From the NCBI GenBank assembly GCA_964247055.1, contig OZ176057.1, forward strand, positions 5,704,001-5,768,000: 64,000 nt of DNA, written 5' to 3'. Each line of letters begins with the position of its first letter. Within the stretch, counting starts at the first letter, position 1. This document shows positions 45,452-58,464 of this stretch, one piece after another. A program made the translations under genes and the position numbers. Source of the stretch: Paragordius varius (Eukaryota > Animalia > Nematomorpha). The notes under the pieces were generated by a model. It was given only the letters and a program-made list of their open reading frames with translations, did not search any database and had not been told where the DNA came from.

Positions 45452-46025
45452 CACTTCGATTCAAATTGGGGTATCTAAATACCCCAGACTAAATTTAATT
45501 AATATTTTTAAAAAACTACTGAAGGAAACGGTCCCAATTTAAATATATGCTTCTATCCTGATAAATATTATATAAATATGCCAAAACTTCTTGATAAAAT
45601 TTTGTTTTGAAAAAAAAGCTCCATCTCAAACTAGTTAGACGCCATTTTTATTTTACAAAATTTTTGCAAAATATCGTCTTTATTTAATTTTAAGGGTAAA
45701 ACTAAAGCTAATTTTTATAAATTATATCTAACATTGATAGAAATAGAAAAAGCGGTTTAGTTTGTATAATTTTTCAATTTTACAATTTGACACATGTTAC
45801 GTTGACGAAATTTTTACCTTTCGGATTTAGCTTAAAATAAGTAATATCTGGTATTTTTGAATAGATTTTTTTATATATTTAGGTTTATTAATGTTAGATA
45901 AGTGCAAAATATTGCCATGGTTTCGATTCCTTCTATATTTTTTAAAGGATATAATTACAGGCCTGGGGTATCCAACTACCCCAATTTGAATCGAAGGACT
46001 AAAATGAGTGTGTTGTATCCAAGTG
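45452..46025 (+). mobile_element. piggyBac-like MITE family D
   Basis: Same termini, TTAA on both sides; close to the 42088 copy. Confidence 0.88.
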
Positions 46026-49000
46026 TTAATCCTTTTTGCCTTTCCAATGTATCTCAAATGTTAATCGTGTTTACCCTTATCAAAATGGTAGAAGCACGCT
46101 TCGATTTTGCAAAATTAAATTTGATATAAAGTATGCATTTTAAAAAAAAATTAAGTGTAGCAAAATTTAAAGAATTTTCTCGCGTAATTTCGGCATTTCA
46201 TTTATTTTAAAAGAACTAGACATTTTAGAAGAGCGAAGGAATTTGGGACTTTCGTAGCCCACATCTAAAAATTAAAATTTTTTGAAAATATTCTTTAGCT
46301 TTTCTAAGTTGTTTTTATGATATATTTTAGAAATAATTTATAACATAAAATATTATTTAAAAACTTGTGCGAATTTCGCCATTTTTATAAAGCACCTAAC
46401 ACAAAGATGTAAATAACTTTCTTACACTCATAAGGGTCAAAATATACATTATTATAATCTTGATACATTTCCTGTAAGATATATATTTTATCAGGTTATT
46501 TTGAGTTTATATATAATTCTAAATTTTATTTTTGGTCGAACCTGAAACAGTTTGCTTCTGTACCTCCTTAAATGAACTATACGAGCTTATCGGCTAAGCC
46601 TTATTTCAATTCGTAAAACATTATATAATAATTCCAATAAAAATAATTTTGATATAATGTATTTATTTCTATCGAAATAAATTATTTATAATCATTAAAC
46701 TATGTAATAAGTGTCTTTGCTTAAAATTCTCTTCTCATCAAACTGGTATGTTATTTTTGTGGTCATTATTTATATAAAACCTTAGGAGTTGAGAGGAAGT
46801 TGTCCAATAATCTTGGAAAAAATTCTGATACAGTGATAAAAAAAATTAGTTGATTTCATGATCCTATAATATTAAAATTATTATTTGTAATTAAATCTGG
46901 ACCTGATATGTGCCGCCCCAATACTGTAAAGCTGAGAGATTGATTGCTGATAATTGGCTGTTAAGAGAATGATGAAGTTAGACGGGTATGCACTCTAATT
47001 TCGATATCCTTATCTGTTTTTGAAGAAAGCTCGATTTTATACCGATACTTGAAATTTGGCAGACAGGTTGCTAATGCTAAAATTAACTTGATAGCTGTTA
47101 ATAAGATGTATTAGCGGATATGCACTGTAATTTGAATATCATCACCTGATAAGTAAATAAAAGCTCGATTTAATATCGATACTCGAAAACATCCAACGAC
47201 GCAACTAGACGGCTGTCACTGAACCACCATTGACTGGTGTTTGGAAGGGCAGCAAGGGACGTCTTTTGTGGACAGTGGCGACGTGGGTTTGCTACACCCT
47301 TTTCTTGATACACCTTGATAGGAGCAAAACTGAAAGTTATAATGAATGCAATAAATTTGAGTGATAAAAACTAAAAGATGTACTTGACTTGTTAGGAAAG
47401 CTCTACTTTATACCGATTGAAAATCGCCAACTTTCTCGATATAAAGAGCAATTAAAAGGCTGATTAAGTAAATTAACTGTTTAAACTTTCCGATGCTCTT
47501 TTATACTCAATTTGGAATTATTTTGAAGGAAAATCTATTTTTTGGCAGATTTGAAGTTTGTGAAACGTATTTGCTTGGATTTAGATGTATGGATAATATT
47601 GATAAGTTTTAAAAGTTTGAAAGTATTAAAATATATATATGATTGTGAAAGGATGTTATTAACTATTATAATAGATATATACAAGGGTATAAAATAACGC
47701 AAGGCATAAAATTTTGATTATTTGCTATCTCTGAAACCTTAAATTTCCAAAGAAAAATAAAAATTAAATTAATTATATTATCCTAAGAATTTCGTTTAGT
47801 TAATTTTTAAATAGTTACTTAAAATATTAGTTTTTTATGAACTTCACTTTAAAGGCTATTTTGGTAAATATAAGCTTTTTAACCTCTGTGGTCCAAAATT
47901 GGGTAGCTTTGAAACTCGATTAAACAGCTAAATATATCATTACAAAATTCTTATAAATTTATATGTAAGTTTTTTAAAAATATATTACATTTGTTTAGCC
48001 TGCATTTAATTCTTCTATTTATTAAGTAGTGGCAAAATATCTGATCTTTGGTTTTGGGCCTAACGAAGAGTTTATGAAAAACAATTACATTTAGTAATGA
48101 TCCCTATCGAAATATTATGTCCCGATTAAATAAATATATTCTAGATATATCAGGATTCTCATAGTGCTTTTGGTTTTAGGCCATACATATTTAAGTCATT
48201 ACCACTTTTGTGGTCTCTCCCCCATATAAGAAAATGGAAAGATTTGCGCATATATGTTAAATATATTTTTTGATGAAAGCTGGAGTTTTATCAAAATTTT
48301 TACTAAATTATCATAAACTAAAATTAAAAAAAACATATTTTTTACATAATTTGAAATTTAAGAAGTGGGTTAGAAAGACTCATTTTTTTTCCAAATGGTT
48401 ATTTTCTCCTAGATTGCGCGATATTCAATTTAAAAATAGTTATTTGATATTTTAAATGATTTTCCAAAATAATGGCTATTTTGATTACCAATTTTATTTA
48501 TAGCAAATTTTAGATGAGAGTTTTATGGATTCTGAGGCATGATTGACATAAAAACACATTAAAACATAATTCAATGATACTGAACATTACTATCACGTCA
48601 AAATTTTAATTAAATGGCCTGTTTGTTTTAATTTTTTGTAAAAAAACAGTTTTTATTTAACATATTTGAAGATGAACGAATATGTTAATCATAAGACAAC
48701 GTTTTGTATTATTAGTACTTATATTACCGTTTTCATCATGCCTTAAAATATATGAAAAACGCTTCAACATATTGAAAATTAATTTTGAATAAAATAGTCA
48801 TTTTTCAGGAATATTTGATATATTAAGCATATATTATCCTAAAGCCTTGGCATTTCTCAGTCAATTTTAAGAGATGAAGGGTAACAAATTTTACATACGC
48901 CACTAAAAATTAAAAATTTTGTAAATAAATTCGTTTTGCTTTATAAATATGAATGAATGTTAAAGCACATGATTATTAAACTTTTTCTGGACGGAGTGCT

Positions 49001-49486
49001 TTTCTGGGCTGCTCGAACTGAGTATTTTTTGAAATTAAGTATTTATTTAACATAATGTGCGGTGATTTTGCACTTTTCTGAATTGAATGCCCACCACAAA
49101 AGTTCAAATAACTTTCTTATATAATTAAGCGCCAAAACAAAAAAACCCGTGATTACCAAAATAAATTTATCTATCAGAATATATGTATTTTATCTGGATA
49201 TTTTATACACCCCTCGATTTTATTCACAGTATAGATTAACACATAATTTATTTTAACTCTGATAGATATAATTTAGTTTTCCGTACTATGTTATCTTTGT
49301 CACTTCATTTTTATCTCCACAAGCTATAATTATTTAATAAAATTAAGATAATATGTAAAGTTTGTATAATTATTAGATTTGGTAGAATTTTAAGTCATTC
49401 TATAATAATTTGAAAAATAATGGATTTGAATAACGCGAATCATAACAGAGCAAATTTTGTTCTGATATCAGAAATTACTTCATTAA

Positions 49487-50037
49487 CACTTTTCAAATTT
49501 AGGTATTTAAATACCCCAGAGTATATTTGAATATATATTTTTAAAAAACTAATGCAAGAAATAGTCCCAATTTAAATTTATGCTTCAATCCTAATCTAAA
49601 TTATATAAATAAGCTGAAAAATCGATATAAAATTTGATTTTGAGAAAAAGTTCCATATCAAACTACTTCGACGCCATTTTTATCTTACAATATTTTTGCA
49701 AAATATCGTTTTTATTTGATTTTAAAGCTAAACGTAGGCTAATCTTTTATTTAAATCACATCTAACATTGATACAAAAAAATACTTTATTTTGTATTATT
49801 TTTAATTTTAGCTAATGCACACATGTCATGTTAATTAATTTTTTACCTTGAGGTTTTAGCTAAAAATAAGTATTATCAGGTATTTTTGAATGAAATTTTT
49901 TATATAATTCGGTTAAATGTAAAAAATGTGCAAATTTTTGCCAATTTTTTATTTATTTCATATTTTTTGAATTATTTTAACAGGTCTGGGGTATCCAACT
50001 ACCCCAATTTTCGAAGGACTAAAATTGTGTTAAAGTG
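49487..50037 (+). mobile_element. piggyBac-like MITE family D (more degenerate)
   Basis: TTAA|CACTT...AAGTG|TTAA with the same internal sequence. Confidence 0.8.
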
Positions 50038-51449
50038 TTAAAATAAATACTAACAGTATTAACACGGTTGGACAAATATTTTTTCAACTGCCTTGATAAT
50101 TTTTTGTATTTTTATTTATAGCCCGATATCGGATGATATATATATTCCGATTAATATAATCGTAAATATTTAATAAAAATCTAATTTTTTGTTTTTTAAC
50201 TTTAGATCACTTTTGCGTACCGACAAAAGCGTGTTATACACCCCTACTATTTTGAATTAACAAATTTGATAGGGGTAAAAAGTCTCTTGAAAACTCCTAG
50301 CTTATAATATCAGTTTCACCATGGATATAAACATTTAAATAACTTTTTCAGATATATTATTTATATCGACAGAAATAAATATTCTAAACTCATATTATAT
50401 TTGCTGAATTTCTTTTCATAAAACTCGTCACTTGGTATATTCAGATGTGCCTTCTTTATATTGAGAATTGATGTCAGTGTACAAAATAGTTGTTCGCAAA
50501 TATTTTGTTATAGACATTGATAGAAATTAAGTCCATTTTGATGTTAAATTTTAATTATTTAGTTGAAACTCGACTTTGACCGATACTCATAAACCGGGCA
50601 AATATTCTCGGAATATGGAGCAAAAGTGAAAGGATAGATAAAAAAGCAAGGGTTAGCTATAATTGAAATGGTAGAAACGAAAAGAGGCTTTGTGATTTGA
50701 ATATTATTAACTGTTTAGTTAAAGAGAGCTTGATTTGTACCCATACTCGAAAACCGCTATTCTCCTTATAGAAAGCGAAGAACCGAGGTTATTGTATGCT
50801 CTTGTTAAATTAAATGCTTTAATTACATTTTATATTGGTGATCTTAATGCTATCCATTCGTTTGCTTAATATTTGAAATATGGAAAACGTTTATGTTTGG
50901 ATTGAAATATATGAAAATTTAGAAACTTAATGACTAATGTTTTGCGTTTTAATTTAAAGACAAAAATCTGACAGCTTAGTCCAGCTAGAATCTATAAAAT
51001 TTTTAAATTTAACCTGTATTTTTCCGATTTATTTATTTCTCAATATATAACAAAGATAAAATTAATTCTATGCATTAGAATAAAACCCGATATTTACTAA
51101 AAGTGAAATAAAAATGGCGCCAAAATAGTTTTTTTCACAAAATTTAAGACCAAAATATTATAACTTTTTTTAGTTCCCCTAATAATATAGAACCATAAAT
51201 TCAAGATTACCGTTAAGTTTTTTATAATTTATTAGCATGGCTCTAATTAATTAGGGTATTTAGTTACACTTTTCCAAATCGAAATAGTTGAAAATTTATA
51301 TCGGCACATTATGCGATTTGGCTATATGCAAACCATATGATCCCACTTCGATATGGATACGGAGCCCAAATTATATCCTATTGATCGTTAATATAGTAAA
51401 TTATGCACCATACTTATAGTTTTTTAAAGTATCCTACAATATAACACAA

Positions 51450-54400
51450 ATGCAACAATCATCTATCCAAAATTTGTTGCTTAATCAAACGATAGGACTC
51501 CTACATCACAATCAAATAACTTATTGCGTTAAAGACGAAAAAGTTCTTGTTGGACGACGGAGTAACAATCATTTTGTTCATATTGATGTGGGAGCTTCTA
51601 ATTTTGTGTCGCGAACACATTTGGAAGTTTGCAGACGTATTTCATACAATTCAATCAATGAAGAGTTTCGAATGGCCCCAAACATTTACTTTTTCCTTAA
51701 ATGCGTTGGTAAAAACGGAGTCTTTATCAACGATTCTTACATGGTCAAAGAATCAATGGAATGCGTTTTGCCTGATGAGTAAGCATTTTTGTTTAAAAAA
51801 TATTTTTTGTTTTGTTAAAAAAAATTACATAGGATGTTATATTGCACACAAATATAGGTACACGAAAAGCTATAAAAAATGGCAAAAGATATATATATTT
51901 ATCCTTTTTTGTAGTATATTTCATCACACAGTAACCATTCGCTACTTGTAAAATTATTATATTTAGCTAGATTGGATTATGTGTTTTTATGATTCGTTTT
52001 AGATTCCAAAAATTAGAAATTCACATAAAACAGCATAAAAATGGCTGGCGTTTTTTTTGCTTATTTTAAGTTTATCATGTGTATCGTTGTTACTATCGCA
52101 TCTTAACATTATCGATTTTTAACTGTTTCATAATGTATAAAAGTGTAACGTCCACACAAATCCAATTCCCATCTCTCTTTCATAAAATATAAAATTTTAA
52201 ATTTATATTTGATAATTAATTGGTTTTTTCGAAACTTTTAAGGGAACTTACTATTTTTTCTTTGGGAAATTTAATTTATTTATATCCCTTTATATCCTTT
52301 CTTCTTGTCAGATGTGTAATACATTTTCCAAATACCCAAATTTACTTGCGCTTTAAAAAAATCATTCTTGGCCCAAATGACATTGCTTGTCGCCTTAATG
52401 CTGATCAATTACAATTGTATGTCAATTCCCTGCCCTATTTCAGTTCGGCCGCTATTCAACCATCATCATCATTATCTCAAAACCACTTTTTAACACCATC
52501 TACCACGTCAGTTATTGGTGGTACAAATTTAAGTATATTCCCTTCTCTACCTATCAATATCAATAATAATAACGACCCTAGCAATATTCCAAACAATTCA
52601 AACAACAATAATTTGGGTATTTCACCCCAGTTTTTATTGCAACAACATCAACAATCGTCTGCTGCATACAATACACCAAACGATTACAATAATAATAACG
52701 GTAATAACCAAACGATTCAACGTCACGTAGCAAATGCAAATTTACAAAATCCGAATATAAATTTTGGAGGACAAAATAATGCTGCTGCCGCCTTTGGAGG
52801 AAATTATATGGGATGGTATTCAAATACACTCAGTAATCACTTTAATAACTTACATAATAATCCGCCCTCTCAACATTCGGCAAATCTTGCTTCCTCATAT
52901 ACCTTTCCACAAAATGCCGCCGCAAATTTATCCAACAATCTTTTGTTGAATTATAACAACTGCAATAATGCAACAAACACTAATAATAATAATAATCATG
53001 CTAATATTAATTGTCTAAGCAACATAAACCAAAATCAGTATAATGCATATCCCTATGCTGAGGCATTTAGACAACTAGGTGGGACACTTTTTCAAAGTAG
53101 CCACCCCCAACAATTTAAAATTAGTGGCAATGCTGCCAATAACATTAACAACAACCAAAACATTACAAATAGGAATCTAACTTTTTGTTCCGACGATAAT
53201 AATTATCAATTTAGTGGTAACAAACAAAATGAAACTGAAAATTTGACTGATAACACCCTTGGTAACTTTTAACACATTGTTGAATTAAATGAAATTTTAT
53301 AATTTGCACCCAATAGTTTTGTGATAATTGATAATTGGAAAAATTAAAGGGAATATCTAATTACAGAAACATTTCTGTTAGATTGAATTTTTTCCCAATA
53401 ACTTATTTTAAATTTGTACAATACATTCTAAATAATGTTTAATTTGACATATTTACTTAGAATACGAAGAAAATCCTAATCAAACAGCTAGTATGAAGAA
53501 AAAAGGGCGAAAACGAATCCAATCAAATAATAATAATGGTAATGGTTTGAATGTTAAAACGAAAACTTCTAAAGTCATACCCAATTACTTTAAGGATAAT
53601 ATGAGTTTACTCATCGAAAGCGATATAAAGTAAGCAATTATTAGTGTTGCTTAATGATTAAAAAAAAGTCGGTATTCCGAAATTACAATAAAATTACAGA
53701 ACAAAAGTAAACTAGGGGACTAATATTTTTTACAAGAGATAATCCCATGATTAAACCGTTATCGTTTTGGGTTGCTAAAGAAATTATTTAATTTATAATT
53801 ATTATAATATTCTTTGTGGAATTTTAAGAAAGTTAATTTTGGAAAAATCAAAGTCTTAGTAAGTAGGGTTTATTAAAATGAGTGTTCGTCTACTAATTTC
53901 GACGTTTTTTTCCTTTATATACCATTTGCAATTTAAATTCACCCTTAATAAAGTATTTTTTTGGGCTAATATAACTCTTTATCAATATGAAATATATCTT
54001 GTGGCGTAGTTAATTTATTTTTTCTTCAGTATTATTTTAATTTTAAACATAATTTAATTTTTTTATTATATATTAAAATATAGGTAATTTTTAATTTTTA
54101 AAAAACACATTATTATTTGATAGTGAATTTGAATTGTTTAAGGGTAAGTTTGAATTGTTTAAGGGTGAATTTAAATTGTTAAAGGTGAATTTGATATGTT
54201 CAAGGATAAATTTGAATTGTTTAAGGTTGATTTGAATTGTTTAAGGGTAAATTTGGATTGTTTAAGGGTGTATTTGAATGTTTAAGGGTAAATTTGATAT
54301 GTTCAAGGGTGAATTTGAATTGTTCAAGGATAAATTTGAATTGTTTAAGGGTGAATTTGAATTGTTCAAGGGTAAATTTGAATTGTTTAGGGTGAATCTG

Positions 54401-55762
54401 AATTGTCCAAGGGTAAATTTCAATTGTTTAAGGGTGAATTTGAATTGTTTAAGGGTGAATTGAATTATGAGTCAAAATTTAGATCAAGAAAATCAGAGTG
54501 AATTGTCCAAGGGTGAATTTGAATTATTGTTTAAGGGTAAATTTGAATTGTTAAAGGTGAATTTGATATCTTCAAGGGTGACTTTGAATTGTTTAAGGGT
54601 GAATTTGAACTCTGTAAATGGTATATTTATATATATATATATATATATGTATATGTGTATATTTGTGTTCAGGGAATATCAAAAAGAACTACGAAACGAT
54701 TCCGCCATCTCGAGCATTATAAATTCGGTTATTCAATCTTATCGTGAAACTACATTATTACAACACAACAATAATACTATTAATGATAACATAAACAATA
54801 GTGAAAAAAGCTCCTCCCATTCACCCCCACATAAACCCAAAAATCTTACTACGGAATTTAACGAAAATAATGACTTGAAATCTATCAATACTGTTGAATC
54901 CAAAAAGAATCAAGAAAACTTTAGTTCAAGTAATAAAAAGTACAATAATCGACATAAACCCAAAAATATTAGCGAAAATTCTATGGGTATAGAAATAGAA
55001 AAGGATGAAACTAACCGTTACTATTCCCCCTATAAAAAACCACCATTCTCCTACGCTCAACTCATTGTTCAAGTTTTGCATGAAAGTCCAGAAGGATATC
55101 TGCCCTTGAGTGGAATTTATGAAGCACTTCAAGCGAAATACCCATATTTTGCACACCTGAGTTTGGCTTCAGATGAAATTACTTTGATTAATAGCCATAC
55201 TCATAATGAAAATAAAACCGGCACAGAATCAGTTATTATAAGTCCCACGAACACGCGTAAAGAAATGAATGAAAAACGTGGTTGGCAAAATTCGGTCCGC
55301 CATAACTTGTCGTTAAATCGATACTTTGTTAAGGTAAGTTTACTTGAGTTGAGTTTAGTTAAGTTAAGATTGTTTACTTTTTACTTTTTTGAAAAGTTTA
55401 AAACGCTTTAACATGCAAAAGAATGATATTTTTATGTATTTTTTAGGTATGTTTTATAAGGTTATATTAACCGCGTTTTTGTTAAGGTAAGTTTAGCTGA
55501 GTTGAATTGAATAATTTTACTTTTTACTTTTTTGAAAAGTTTAAAACGCTTTAACATTCAAAAAGAATGATTTTTTTACATATTTTTTGGGTATGTTTAT
55601 GTATGTTTGTAAGATTTTATATTTTTTGGGATTAAAAATAAACGTTTATTAACCGCGTTAGGTCTAAAATAGTTTTATATGTTATTCCCAGTGTCTTTAT
55701 GCAGATAATAGCGAAATTCTCTAACCTGCAAAAATACATGTTAATTAAGTCTTATAAAATTG

Positions 55763-55800
<38 letters not shown>

Positions 55801-57954
55801 AAAACTGAAGTTATAAGGACAAAACGTAAAAATATAAAGAAATTATTTTTTTTGGTTTTTTTTACAATTATAAAATATATAATTGATTGTGTTAATATTA
55901 CATCGCTTTTTTATACTTTATTGTTTGAAACAATGAGTTAGTTATATTTAAACAAATCAGGATTTAAAAAGTATGGTTGTTTTTAGAAAAGAATATTTGT
56001 CCTTATATATGTTTTGCCCGTATAATATCAAGTTTTATTATATATATACCATTTACACTTCAAATTCACCCTTGAACAATTTTAATTCAGCATGTTAATT
56101 TGTGTTTTTTAAGATTAAAATTTACCTATATTTTTTTATATTGTAAAAAATGAAATATTTAAATTTATATAATACTGAAAATATAATAAACTATGCCATA
56201 AAGATGTATTTCCAATTTATAATGAGTCATAACCTAAAATCTCATATTCAAGGGTTATAATTATTATTTGAGGGTAAATTTAAATTAAGAATGTATTTAA
56301 ATTGTTCGAAGGTAAATTTAAGTTGTTCAAGGGTGAATTTGAATTGTAAATGGTATATATATAATTTAGAGTCTCTTTTTTCTTTTAAGGAAGGACAAAT
56401 TATATCCGGACACCTATGAAGTCTTTAACACTCGCCTGCCTGACCTGACCAGGGTTATTTGACAATGAAATAATAGAAAAAATTGCGTAGTTCGAGGTTC
56501 TAACTTTGACTCGCAAGGTAAGAGTTCGAGGTTTTAACTCTAACTCGCAAGGTAAGAGTTTGAACTCCTTACCTACCTACCTATTATACCATCTTACGCT
56601 GCCTTATTTAATATTGTGTCAATAATTAGCTCTCTTGTTGATTCCACATAATTTTCTGTTCTGATTGCTATCTTCTTAACAATGTTTACTGTAAAAATTG
56701 AAGTTATACGGATAAAATGTTAAAATATAAAGACAAATATTTTTAACTCTAAAAGACAACCCCATACTTTTGATTTTTTTAATAAACTCATTGTTTTAAA
56801 CTACAAAATATTATATAGGATGTATATTGGTATCAATTATGTATATTAGTATTGAAACCCTTTAAATTATATAAGAAAAATTATGGTTAAATTATGCTTG
56901 TCTTTTATTAGATAAAAATATTTGTCTATATATTTTTACATTTTGTCCGTATAATTTTAATTTTTACTGTATTTGATAAAGTTTGAGGCGCTGCTTACAG
57001 ATTAGGTTTTATTACAATCCTTTAAAAAATGTTACTTACTATATTTCCAGTATTTTATACTATCACAATTACCCACATAAGTATTATATAAATAGTTACT
57101 GATTATATAAAATAATATTTTTGGTTTCGCCTGAATAATTTAAATTTTCGTAAAATATATTAAATTGAACAATATATAAATATAAAATTTTCAATATATA
57201 TGGTATAGTTCCTTTTTCAATGAATAGGCTAAGTAACAAAATAATAATATTTTGAGATAAAATAAAATTTTAGTTAAATAAAATTTTAACTGGTGGTATT
57301 TAAATTAGTTTTTTTTCCTTTCATATATAAGATACCACGAAGTCAAGCGGAAACAGGTAAAGGTGCCTATTGGAAACTCGATATCCAATCTGCCCCTGAT
57401 CCAGATCACCTGATTTCTCAAGCTTACATGGATAGGAAAACGCTTTTTGGTAGCCAACAGCAAGAACCTAGTATTAATAATTTGTCTTCTGGAAATATTC
57501 AGAATAATATAAATATAACTCCTTTAAGACCACGTAATTTTTCATCAAAGTATGCCGCAGTTTCAACGTATAATTCAGTCCTTTCCTCTTCAAATCATCA
57601 GAATAATTCGACTACTCATAAAAATTTACAGAATATAAAAGACCACCAACTAGTTAAAAAACAACCTAAAACATGTAAAAAGGGTGAAACAAAAACCCAT
57701 ATTGTGATGAACAATTTGTCATCAAATGGTAAGGACACTTTGAATAAAAATATGCCAGAAAGACAAAATACTTTAACGATGAATTCTGAAATATCGTTAT
57801 TTGATGAAAAATTGGTTGGTCAACATACAAATAATGGTATCATGCAAAATTTTGCCCATTCTTGTTCCGCCGCGGGGTATTTTTACTTTATTTGATTCTT
57901 TTATATTAAACTAAACTTTAAAGTTTTTTAAACTGTGTGTAATGATAAAAGTTA

Positions 57955-57993
<39 letters not shown>

Positions 57994-58193
57994 TTTTTAT
58001 TGTATGTTATGTCAAACAATTGATTGATAATTTGTGTTTTATTAAACAATTTTTAAAATCAAAAATGCAAAAGTATTAAAAATGGCCTTTTTTATGATAG
58101 TTCGCAATTTTTAACCATGAAACTTTTAATAATACCATTTACAGTTTAAATTCACCCTAAAAATAAATTACGTGTTTTCAAACTAATATAACT

Positions 58194-58251
<58 letters not shown>

Positions 58252-58426
58252 TTATGGTATAGTTTATAGTTTTTTCAGTATTATTTTAATTTTGAACAAT
58301 ATTTCATTTAAAAATATAGGTAATTTTTAATTTTTTTAAAAAACATATAATTTTATTTGAGAAGGTTGAATTTGAATTGTTTAAGGATGAATTTGAACTG
58401 TTTAAGTGTGAATTTGAATTCTAAAT

Positions 58427-58464
<38 letters not shown>

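Noticed and set aside
45827-46129. Overlapping ORFs on both strands
   Set aside because: They lie within the piggyBac-like MITE end and show no transposase motifs.
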